Assembly: GCA_031383405.1 (NCBI GenBank)
Contig: JANMZO010000022.1
Span: forward strand, 1,544-65,543
Length of the DNA: 64,000 nt
From: Acidimicrobiia bacterium
GTDB lineage: Bacteria > Actinomycetota > Acidimicrobiia > Acidimicrobiales > JANYDT01
Direction of reading: 5' to 3'
Below are positions 52,332-60,608 of the stretch, one piece after another. Position numbers and translations under genes: made by a program. Each line of letters starts with the position of its first letter. The first letter of the stretch is position 1. The notes under the pieces were generated by a model. It was not told the origin of the DNA. It did no database searches and was given only the letters and a program-made list of their open reading frames with translations.

Positions 52332-54338
52332 ATGGATCGAACTGTTGAACGCCGGGTCGTTCGGGTGTTGCCCGACGAACCCGGTCTGAACAAGACGTTC
52401 GATTATTTCCTACCCAAAGACTTCCACGACACGCCGTCGACCGCACCCGACCCGGCCCCTCCCGCGTCGACCCGGTTGGTGGCTACCGAACAATCCCCCG
52501 CCCACACAACGGGCGTCTCACCTTCCGCTTTTCAAGCATCCGCAGCCAAACACACTTCCGCTGAACACTCTTCCGCTGAACACATTTCCGCTGAACACAC
52601 TTCCGCCAAACACATCGTCGATGGTGCCGAGCTCATCAAGCTCGGCACCATTGTGCGTTTTTCACTCGCCGGCCGACGGGTCGGGGGTTGGATTGTGGGC
52701 GTCGACGTCGAGCCGGCCACTGAACCCGCCAAACTCAAGGCGCTTTCGAAGGTGTCGGGCCTCGGCCCGAGCGAGGAGCTGCTGTCACTCGCAAAATGGG
52801 CCGCGTGGCGTTGGTGGGGGAAGCCGGCCCATTTTCTGCGCACCGCATCACCCGATCATGTCGTGCGGGGCCTCCCTCCGGTCCGGCCATTTGACCCCGC
52901 GCTCCTTTCGGTCAACGCCGTTCTCGACGACATGGGTGACCTGGCTGCCGACGTGTTCTACCCGTCCGATGATTCCGATGTCGCCCACGGGCCGGTCGTT
53001 GTGCGGATGGCACCTTCGTTCGATCCCTATCCGCTACTGGTTGAGGCGGCGCGGTTTGTTGCCCCTAAGGGACTACTCGTGATTGCTACATCCCTCGCAA
53101 GTGCCGCCCATCTCGCCCGGCGTTTGCGAAGGGCCGGTGCACCGGTTGCGTTGTTGCCGACCGAGTGGGCGCGGGCCGCGGCCGGAGGGTGCATTGTTGT
53201 CGGAGCCCGGTCGGCGGCCTGGGCGCCGATCCCCGATGCAGCCGCGATAGTCGTACTGGACGAACACGATGAGGTTCACAAGCAGGAGCAAACACCGGCG
53301 TGGAACGCCCGTGATGTTGCGGTTGAACGAGGGCACCGGCTGCGAATTCCTGTGGTGCTCACCTCGCCGATCCCTTCGGTCGAGGCCCTGTCGATTCCCG
53401 GGGTGCGGGTGGTTGAGCCTTCTCGATCCGTCGAGCGGCGTGGTTGGCCACGGATCGATGTGATCGACCGGGCCCAGGAAGATCCGGCCCGGCAGGGGAT
53501 CGTGAGTGATCGGCTGGTGTCGCTACTGCGTAGCAACGACCGGGTCGTGTTGGTGCTCAACCGGACCGGTCGGGCGAAGCTCCTGGCGTGCGTGGCATGT
53601 GGAGCGCTGTGCCGATGTGAGCATTGCGACGGCGCAATGGCAATGCCGAGTGACTCATCGTCCTTGGTGTGTCAGCGTTGCGAACGCGATCGTCCACCGC
53701 TTTGCGCGTCGTGTGGAGCCGGCAGGTTAAAGAACGTCCGGGTCGGGGTCACCCGCGCACGCGAGGAATTGGAGGCCCTGGCGTTGAGGCCCGTGGGCGA
53801 GATGACCGCCACTTCGCCCGACCCGCACGACAGCATCCGGGTGATCGTGGGAACAGAGGCAGCGTTGCACCGGGTCGGTGCGGCCGACGCGGTGGTGTTC
53901 CTCGACTTCGATGGCGAACTGCTCGCGCCCCGGTACCGCGCTGCGGAGGAGGCGATGCACCTGTTGGTTCTGGCCACCCGGCTGACGGGCGGTAAAGGAG
54001 ACGACGGTCGGGTCTTCATCCAGACCCGCCAGCCCGATCATCCGGTCGTCAAGGCTGCGGTGTTGGGCGACCCGTCTCGGGTCATGGCCGGCCAACTGGC
54101 GCTGCGACAATTGCTGGGTTTCCCCCCGACGAAGGCCGTCGCGGCCGTCAGCGGCGCCGGTGCCGAAGTGGTCGCGGAAACGGTGCGATCGCTTGAGCCG
54201 ACGATCCGGGTGGAGGGGCCGGCCGGCGGCCCGTACCTGCTCAAGGCGCCAACCCAGGCCGTGCTGTGCGGCGTGCTCGCGAAGGTGGAGCGACCGGCCG
54301 AACGTGTACGGGTCGAGGTCGACCCACTCCGCATCTGA
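52332..54338 (+). CDS. priA: primosomal protein N' homolog (Walker A not recognisable)
   Basis: It starts at ATG 52332 or 52302. It has VVLDEHDEVHKQEQTPAWNARDVAVERG (DExH box region) and a Cys-rich zinc region (CVACGALCRCEHCDG...CQRCE...CASCG). RMAPSFDPY sits where GxGKT is expected. Confidence 0.85.
   Translation: MDRTVERRVVRVLPDEPGLNKTFDYFLPKDFHDTPSTAPDPAPPASTRLVATEQSPAHTTGVSPSAFQASAAKHTSAEHSSAEHISAEHTSAKHIVDGAELIKLGTIVRFSLAGRRVGGWIVGVDVEPATEPAKLKALSKVSGLGPSEELLSLAKWAAWRWWGKPAHFLRTASPDHVVRGLPPVRPFDPALLSVNAVLDDMGDLAADVFYPSDDSDVAHGPVVVRMAPSFDPYPLLVEAARFVAPKGLLVIATSLASAAHLARRLRRAGAPVALLPTEWARAAAGGCIVVGARSAAWAPIPDAAAIVVLDEHDEVHKQEQTPAWNARDVAVERGHRLRIPVVLTSPIPSVEALSIPGVRVVEPSRSVERRGWPRIDVIDRAQEDPARQGIVSDRLVSLLRSNDRVVLVLNRTGRAKLLACVACGALCRCEHCDGAMAMPSDSSSLVCQRCERDRPPLCASCGAGRLKNVRVGVTRAREELEALALRPVGEMTATSPDPHDSIRVIVGTEAALHRVGAADAVVFLDFDGELLAPRYRAAEEAMHLLVLATRLTGGKGDDGRVFIQTRQPDHPVVKAAVLGDPSRVMAGQLALRQLLGFPPTKAVAAVSGAGAEVVAETVRSLEPTIRVEGPAGGPYLLKAPTQAVLCGVLAKVERPAERVRVEVDPLRI
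52549..52614 (+). repeat. 15-bp tandem repeat x4.4 (aacacacttccgctg), in frame (SAEH pentapeptide repeats)
   Basis: Read directly from the sequence. It encodes KHTSAEHSSAEHISAEHTSAKH in the N-terminal region of PriA. Confidence 0.95.
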
Positions 54339-54342
54339 CCGG

Positions 54343-54386
54343 GCCGCCCCGTTGATCGTTTCCGCGCCAAACGATCAACGGGCGGC
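54343..54386. terminator. long perfect-ish hairpin between convergent priA and the S41 peptidase (bidirectional terminator candidate)
   Basis: GCCGCCCCGTTGATCGTTT (54343-61), loop ccgcgcc, AAACGATCAACGGGCGGC (54369-86). It has 18 bp with one bulged C. The right arm covers the S41 stop codon. There is no U-tract. Confidence 0.55.
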
Positions 54387-55736
54387 GCATCCGGGCTGCT
54401 GGTTGAGCCACGATACAGCTGCGTTGAGAACAGGATCGGTAGCGGAGCCGACGTTGCTCCAGTCGATCGTCACGGGCTGCTCGGGCAGGATCGGACCGTC
54501 GTAGACGTTGCCCGCCCGGTCGACGTCAACCGCGTTGAGAATGTCGAGAAACGCACCATCTGGCATGCGCTTGCGCACATTGAAGGTGGTGAGACCGACG
54601 GTCTTCTCGCCAAAGGACCGGCTGTTGGGTCTATGACGAAACGCAATTGCCGTCGCTTCCCCTGCGCTCGCTGTCAGCCCGCTCGTCAGTACCGCAACCG
54701 GCGGCAGCGGGTCAGCCGGACGGTACGGTCGATCGACCACGACCGTGGCACTGTCTCCCGCGAACAGGGCGCCGTCGGTGTAGCTCCACATCGTGCGGGC
54801 ACCGCTCGCGTTGAGCTGCCCGGCCACTTCCCCTGCCCCGAGCAGCGGTCCGAGCCCGGCGAGCATTGCATAGATGTACCCACCGCGGTTCCGGCGTAGG
54901 TCGACAACCCATCCGCAGCGCGGGTCAGCGTCGGTGGTGCGGATAGCGTCTTGCAACCCCTGGGCGAAGCTCTTCTGAACGGCGTCGTCGCCGATGATTC
55001 CGGGCACATCGAGATATCCCAGGGGCCCAACGGCGCCTCCGACTTTTGGTGGCACGACAACAGCCGTAGGTACACTTATCAAAGTGACGGTGCCAACGGC
55101 CATCACGAGGTTCTTCGGAAGACGAAGGCCCTTACGGGTTATCGTGACGACGATCTTCGACGGGAAGTCGCCGCGCTTGTCCCGTGGAACGGTGATGTTG
55201 GTGTCGGTGTGCACGGGCGTCATGCCATCGATCTTCGAGATCCGATCGCCGACCCGGAGTCCGGCCCTGAAGGCCGGCGATCCGTCGGCCACGGTGACGA
55301 CAGTTCTGGACGGCCATACGGCGACAAACCCGAAGCCGCTGTAGTTACCGGTGCTTTGCAGCAGCGCCTGCGGCGGGCGCGTGAACGACGAGTGCTTGTC
55401 GTCCATTGTCTTGATGACGGTGGCGATGATGTCGTGCGCGTTCTCGATCGAGGTCGCGCTTTGGGCCTTGGCTTGTGCGGTGTTTCGGATCGCGCGCCAG
55501 TCGATGGTCGATTTCCGAAACGATGCCTGGTCGATGAAGTCCAATGCCTCGTTGACATAGGAAACTGGCGTAACGGGTGGTGGCGTCGAGGTGCTGGAGG
55601 AATCACCTTGATACAGGATCCGTGAGGCAGCGATCGATGCCGCGCCCACGCGGTCCGCCGTAGTTGACGTCAACGCGCCCGCGGCAACTGCGTTCAGCGT
55701 CACGACCGCGAGCATGGCCGCAAAACGTCGCATCAC
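54375..55736 (-). CDS. secreted S41 family peptidase with a PDZ-like domain
   Basis: 453 aa. The signal peptide is MMRRFAAMLAVVTLNAVAAGA. It has a PDZ-like GLRVGDRISKIDG, the S41 region DLRRNRGGYIYAML, and LTSGLTASAGE. Confidence 0.75.
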   Translation of the reverse strand: MMRRFAAMLAVVTLNAVAAGALTSTTADRVGAASIAASRILYQGDSSSTSTPPPVTPVSYVNEALDFIDQASFRKSTIDWRAIRNTAQAKAQSATSIENAHDIIATVIKTMDDKHSSFTRPPQALLQSTGNYSGFGFVAVWPSRTVVTVADGSPAFRAGLRVGDRISKIDGMTPVHTDTNITVPRDKRGDFPSKIVVTITRKGLRLPKNLVMAVGTVTLISVPTAVVVPPKVGGAVGPLGYLDVPGIIGDDAVQKSFAQGLQDAIRTTDADPRCGWVVDLRRNRGGYIYAMLAGLGPLLGAGEVAGQLNASGARTMWSYTDGALFAGDSATVVVDRPYRPADPLPPVAVLTSGLTASAGEATAIAFRHRPNSRSFGEKTVGLTTFNVRKRMPDGAFLDILNAVDVDRAGNVYDGPILPEQPVTIDWSNVGSATDPVLNAAVSWLNQQPGCAAR

Positions 55737-55827
55737 GGCGTCGACATCTCGCTTGCGGTTTCCACGGAGAAGAACCTACCGGTTGCCGGGCGGCGTCTGT
55801 GGTTAGGGCCGATCAGGTTTCGATGGC

Positions 55828-58608
55828 CTATCGGGAAGTGAAGAGCGACAGCAGATCGTCGGCGTAAAGCTCGAGGCGTCGAGGACCCATCCCTTCGACC
55901 TTGGCGAGGGCTGCGAGGGTCGTCGGCCGGGCGGCGGCGAGAGCTTGGAGGTGCCTGTCATGCATCACGACGTATGGGGGTACAGCATCGGCCTTTGCCC
56001 GGGCGCTTCGCCACGTCCGCAGTGCTTCCAACAGGTCGGCGTCGAGGGCTGACAGGTCGGGTGCACCTGTGGTTGTAGTGTCTCCGCGCTTTTTGGCCGC
56101 CCTCCGCTCGGCAACCGACGCACGGCCCGGTATCCGCGTCGGGGAAGCCGGCGCGGCCGAGGAAATGGTGGTTGCCGACGACTTAGCGGACGAGGGTTTG
56201 GCGACGTGTTTCGGGTCGAGTTCGACGATAAACGGTGATGGTTTCGCCGAGTCGGTGAGTAGCGCCACGTGTTCGATTCCGCGCGTGATACCTACGTGGA
56301 GAATGCGGCGCTCCTCCTCGTCGTCATCGCTCAACCGGTGCGGAAAGAGACCGTCGTTGACCCCGAAGAGTATGACGACGGGCCACTCCTGCCCCTTCAC
56401 CTTGTGAATTGTGGCCAGCGTGATCTCTTCGGTGGAGCGACCGGCCGACGGTCCGCCTCCGATGCTGCGGCCTGTCCCTCGAACCGTCATCGTTAGGGCG
56501 TCTTCCTCGTCGGGGAACTCGGACGATCCCTCGAGGTTGTCAGATGTTGCACGCATGTCTGGTCGAGGGTTGAGTGCCGCCCGCAGCCATGTTTCGAATC
56601 CGGTAGCAGCGGGATGGAGATCCGCCACCTGCTCAAGCGCCTCGAGGTCATCGAGGTGGGATCCACTGGCCGATGCATCGAGCATCGTCATGGCTTGGCC
56701 GAGACCGACATCGTTCTTGATCGACCGCAGGATGTCGCGGGTCGTGCCTCGCATCGCGACCCGGGTGATCTGGGCCAGGTCGGCGGCAAATGCGTCGACT
56801 TTCATGGCCACCTTCGGGTCGTCGAGACTCGATGAGACTCGGCGGAGTTGTTCAACCGTCATGGTCTTTCCCCGGAACCATTTGTCGATCCACTGGGGAA
56901 GCCCCCGCGACGGTCGACGGAGAACTTCGGTTAGGTCGGTCACCGCAAAGCCGCCGGGGTTCGTCGCGATACGGAGGTAAGCGAGCGCGGCACGGACGCC
57001 GGTGCGCTCAAGGGCATGCTCGTCGAGTCCGCCCGCGGCTGCAATCCCGGCTTCTCGAAGCGCGACCTGGGGGGCCAGCAGGGTCGAGTTCACCCGGGTG
57101 AGTATGGCGATGTCGGAAAGCGGAGTGCCCGCAGCCATATGTGTACGTATGAGTTTCACGAGTTCCTGGGCGCCGGACTGTGTGGCGTGCCGAATGGTGT
57201 CAAGTGAATCGGGAGCCGGGTCGCGATGTGACCTGATGGTCTTGGGAATGCGACGTCGGTTGTGGGACAGCAGTGCTCGGGCGGCATCCACAACGGCAGG
57301 GCGGCAGCGGTAGTTGACCTCAAGTGGATGGGTCGTTGCGTGCGGAAACAAGTCATCGAAGTTGAGGAGAAACGTCGGGTCGGCGCCGGCGTAGCCATAG
57401 ATGACCTGATCGTCATCGCCCACACCGAACACGTCGAGTCCGGGCAGCGAAAGCAGCCGGAGCATCAGCACGTGGGCGGGTGTGAGATCCTGGAACTCAT
57501 CGACCAGCAGGTGACGATGCCGAGCCTGTTGGGTGCGTCGGAACTCGCCGTCGGTAAGTAGTCGTTGGACGGCTCCATATATCTGCTCGTCGAAATCAAC
57601 CGCCCCGAGGTCTCGGAGCGCAGCGCGGTAGCCGTCGAACGCTTCGGCGATTCCCGGTACGTCGTCGCGTTCGTCTTCGACTTCTGAGGGGTCGACGAGG
57701 CCGAGGCGGATCGTGCTTAGCGCTTCCAGATACGGTCCGATCGGATCGACGTTGGCCCGCCTCGTAGGCTTTGGCACCAGCCCTTCGATGATGCGACGGC
57801 ACTCGCGTTCTGCAAGAACGCGGGGCCGGCCGAGCAACTCCCAACCCAGTGCGTTGAGCGTGACGACGCGCGGCCGGAACGCGCGGCAACGGTGGGCCAG
57901 CTCCTCCTGGGCGCGTCGGTTATAGGCAACCGCGCAGACGAGCTCGCGCTCGACCTGCTGGTTACCGAGCAGATGACGCAGACGTTCGGTGAGGACCCTG
58001 GTCTTTCCGCTGCCGGCCGGAGCCACGATGCGCGCCGGACCGGCTCCGTGGGAAACGGCGAGAAGCTGATCCGGAGCGAGCGGAATTTCCGGTGTGGGTT
58101 CGGTTGGAGCCGCGGCCGGTCGAAGGGACCCGAGTTCGACCGATTCGCTGTGTACATAAAATAATCCGCCAGGGAGCGGACTTCGTGGGCCGCCGTCGAT
58201 CCACGCCTCCCGGCCGTCGGGCAGCCGCACGTCGGCCGGACCGTCGGGGGTTTCGACGGCTCCGATACGTGACGCCTTGCGGCTCCACCACCACTGCGGA
58301 GGCGCCCCTTTACGTGCGTCGTAGTTATTTGCCCACACAAGATGATGGAGGCGGTCGCCGGGGAAGTCGATGTTCGTGGCTAGCTTCCACGGTTCGATGT
58401 TGATCGTGTCGGGTGTGCGCCACTGCGCCGCATCAATGAGCAGCCTAACGACCACGGGCCGGCGGTGAAGCCATGCATCGTGAAGCGCATCGATGGCCTT
58501 TGGGCCATCGACCGTCAGGACCTCGGCCTTCCGCCATGGCTCCGGTGTGGGGTCGTCGGCCAGCAGGACAACGCCACGCCCGAACTCGGGAGGTCCGGGA
58601 AAAGGCAT
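55828..58608 (-). CDS. UvrD/PcrA/Rep-family (SF1) DNA helicase with a C-terminal HRDC domain and a roughly 190-aa N-terminal extension
   Basis: The start at 58608 gives MPFPGPPEF. Walker A is APAGSGKT and motif II is LLVDEFQD; it also has TIHKVKGQEWPVV. The C-terminal HRDC-like region is LLEALRTWRSARAKADAVPPYVVMHDRHLQALAAARP. Confidence 0.85.
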   Translation of the reverse strand: MPFPGPPEFGRGVVLLADDPTPEPWRKAEVLTVDGPKAIDALHDAWLHRRPVVVRLLIDAAQWRTPDTINIEPWKLATNIDFPGDRLHHLVWANNYDARKGAPPQWWWSRKASRIGAVETPDGPADVRLPDGREAWIDGGPRSPLPGGLFYVHSESVELGSLRPAAAPTEPTPEIPLAPDQLLAVSHGAGPARIVAPAGSGKTRVLTERLRHLLGNQQVERELVCAVAYNRRAQEELAHRCRAFRPRVVTLNALGWELLGRPRVLAERECRRIIEGLVPKPTRRANVDPIGPYLEALSTIRLGLVDPSEVEDERDDVPGIAEAFDGYRAALRDLGAVDFDEQIYGAVQRLLTDGEFRRTQQARHRHLLVDEFQDLTPAHVLMLRLLSLPGLDVFGVGDDDQVIYGYAGADPTFLLNFDDLFPHATTHPLEVNYRCRPAVVDAARALLSHNRRRIPKTIRSHRDPAPDSLDTIRHATQSGAQELVKLIRTHMAAGTPLSDIAILTRVNSTLLAPQVALREAGIAAAGGLDEHALERTGVRAALAYLRIATNPGGFAVTDLTEVLRRPSRGLPQWIDKWFRGKTMTVEQLRRVSSSLDDPKVAMKVDAFAADLAQITRVAMRGTTRDILRSIKNDVGLGQAMTMLDASASGSHLDDLEALEQVADLHPAATGFETWLRAALNPRPDMRATSDNLEGSSEFPDEEDALTMTVRGTGRSIGGGPSAGRSTEEITLATIHKVKGQEWPVVILFGVNDGLFPHRLSDDDEEERRILHVGITRGIEHVALLTDSAKPSPFIVELDPKHVAKPSSAKSSATTISSAAPASPTRIPGRASVAERRAAKKRGDTTTTGAPDLSALDADLLEALRTWRSARAKADAVPPYVVMHDRHLQALAAARPTTLAALAKVEGMGPRRLELYADDLLSLFTSR

Positions 58609-58638
58609 ATCCTGATCGTAGTAAGGCTGGTGTGGACA

Positions 58639-58695
58639 CCGATGCGAGCATGATGACCGATGCGAGCATGACACCGATGCGAGAATGGTGACCGA
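58639..58695. repeat. 17/18-bp tandem repeat x3.3 (ccgatgcgagcatgatga)
   Basis: Read directly from the sequence. It is intergenic, 30-90 nt upstream of the helicase start, and is preceded by TGTGGACA at 58631-38. Confidence 0.9.
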
Positions 58696-58792
58696 GTGGT
58701 GAACCACGACCCCGGATGGGAGTTCGACGCCGCTTTGCCGATTCCGGAATCACGGTCCCAGGCTCGAAACGAGGTGGACCGGGTGCGCCGCT

Positions 58793-59419
58793 TCAGTCCT
58801 CACCGCAACCTTCAGCTTCGTACCAACGCAACCGGCAGTCGCTTTCTGCGGGGTAGAAGAATTCCCCGCACCGCAGGGCCATCGATGACCAACAGGAGTC
58901 ATCGAGGGCGAGGACGTCGACAAGGTCAACTCCGAGGCCGGCCAGTACCTGGCCCGCCGATCGCCAGTTCTGGTCCTCGAGTTCCTTGGCGCGCGCCGAC
59001 GGCGGAGATGGGGTCGACTGCGCAAGATCAGCGCCGGCGCCCAGTTTTCGTACGATGCCGAGGATGACAGCGGGTGTTGACCTCAGAGGGTTTCCGTCGG
59101 AAGCACTTGTGGCTTCGCCAATGACCCTCACGATCCGGTCGAGTTCATCGGCCGGAGCATTATGAACGGCCAACACGACCGTTGGCTCACGATTCCCGTC
59201 GAGAAACAAGACGAGCACGCCCGACTCGAAACCTTCCGGGCGTGAAAGGTCAAGAGCATCGACGGCATCGAACGGGTCGTGGATTGGCCAGCGGGCGCTC
59301 TCGGTGTCGGGGCGGAGCGGTCCGCGTGCGTCGAGTTGATCGAGCCGAACCGGGGGAGTGGTGCCCACCTTGTTCGGACGGTGACGGCCGGGTGGGCGGT
59401 GGAAACGTTGGGCAGCCAT
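58793..59419 (-). CDS. hypothetical protein with a C-terminal four-Cys cluster
   Basis: The 208-aa ORF fills the gap between co-oriented genes. Its C-terminus is CWSSMALRC...CRLRWYEAEGC. I recognise no family. Confidence 0.4.
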   Translation of the reverse strand: MAAQRFHRPPGRHRPNKVGTTPPVRLDQLDARGPLRPDTESARWPIHDPFDAVDALDLSRPEGFESGVLVLFLDGNREPTVVLAVHNAPADELDRIVRVIGEATSASDGNPLRSTPAVILGIVRKLGAGADLAQSTPSPPSARAKELEDQNWRSAGQVLAGLGVDLVDVLALDDSCWSSMALRCGEFFYPAESDCRLRWYEAEGCGED

Positions 59420-59536
59420 GGCGCGCCCCTTTCACTGGGTTCGAACGCGCGCAGCCGCAAGGCCGGTGGCGTGTCGTTTTGTGAAGGGGGAAGCGGAAGC
59501 ACGAGGCGACGCTGCCAAGCTAAACGAGGGGGTGTG

Positions 59537-59569
59537 ACCATCCGCAAAACTGCCCGTTTTGGGGATGGT
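59537..59569 (-). terminator. 14-bp hairpin downstream of the alpha/beta hydrolase gene
   Basis: ACCATCCGCAAAAC (59537-50), loop tgccc, GTTTTGGGGATGGT (59556-69). There is one mismatch and no U-tract. Confidence 0.35.
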
Positions 59570-59626
59570 TCTTGCGGCACCCGTACCGAAAGCATCCCCA
59601 AAGGCTCGGGCCCGGGTAGCAGTGAG

Positions 59627-60532
59627 CTATGCGGCGCCGACGGTTGACGAGGCCGCGTGCGACGCGATGTGCCCGGTCAAGGCGGGCCACAGGGGGTCGG
59701 GGAGGTCGTGACCCATATCTTCGATGAGCTCCAGCCGGGCACCCGGAACGAGTTCGGCTGTGCGGTGGCCACCCGACAACGTGATGAGTGTGTCGTCGAG
59801 CCCGTGGATCACAAGCGTCGGAACGTTGAGCGAACGCAGTGCATCGGCTCGTGAGCCTGAGGCCACGATCGCTCCGAGTTGGCGAGCGGCACCCTCCGGG
59901 TAGAAGGAACGGTCGAAGGACTCTCCGGCGCGGGCCCGGATCGCGTCGAGGTCGCGGTACTTCTTCGACATCCAGATGGTCCACGAGTCGACCGCCGACT
60001 GCACGTACGCGTCGCGCTCGGTCGGCGAAGGCGCCAACAACGCCGCTTGTACTTCGGGCGATGACTGCCCGTACTCAACCTCGCCGGTCATCGACATGAT
60101 CGAGGTGAGCGAGAGGCAACGTTCGGGATGTTCGATTGCCATCGTCTGAACGATCATCCCGCCCATCGACGCGCCAACGATATGCGCACGTTGTATCCCC
60201 AGATTGTCGAGCACCGACCACGCGTCGTCGGCCATGTGGGAGAGGGTGTAAGGGACCTGGTCGGCCACAAGTTCCGGGCGGTTGAGCATCACCGCAGTAA
60301 GGATCAGGTCCATGTCAACGGCGACGCCGTCGTGTTTCGTAGAAAGACCGCAGTCACGATTGTCGAAGCGGATGACGTGGTGGCCCGCGTCGGCGAGTTG
60401 CCGACAGAACCCGACCGGCCAGCCCGTCATTTGAGCGGTGTACCCCATGACCAGAAGCATTGGACTCCCCTTGGGGGAGCCGAACGTGTCATATTCGAGG
60501 GTGATTCCGGCTGGGTTCGTAAACGAAGGCAT
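59627..60532 (-). CDS. alpha/beta fold hydrolase
   Basis: 301 aa. The nucleophile elbow is GASMGGMI, the oxyanion region is HG-like (LVMGYTA), and the C-terminus has IEDMGHDLP. Confidence 0.8.
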   Translation of the reverse strand: MPSFTNPAGITLEYDTFGSPKGSPMLLVMGYTAQMTGWPVGFCRQLADAGHHVIRFDNRDCGLSTKHDGVAVDMDLILTAVMLNRPELVADQVPYTLSHMADDAWSVLDNLGIQRAHIVGASMGGMIVQTMAIEHPERCLSLTSIMSMTGEVEYGQSSPEVQAALLAPSPTERDAYVQSAVDSWTIWMSKKYRDLDAIRARAGESFDRSFYPEGAARQLGAIVASGSRADALRSLNVPTLVIHGLDDTLITLSGGHRTAELVPGARLELIEDMGHDLPDPLWPALTGHIASHAASSTVGAA

Positions 60533-60608
60533 GCCTACCAGACTACCGAAGCGAAGTCTGCCACCCGTCCAAGTCGCTTTCGAGGAAGCAGTCCGACGAC
60601 GCGGCGGG

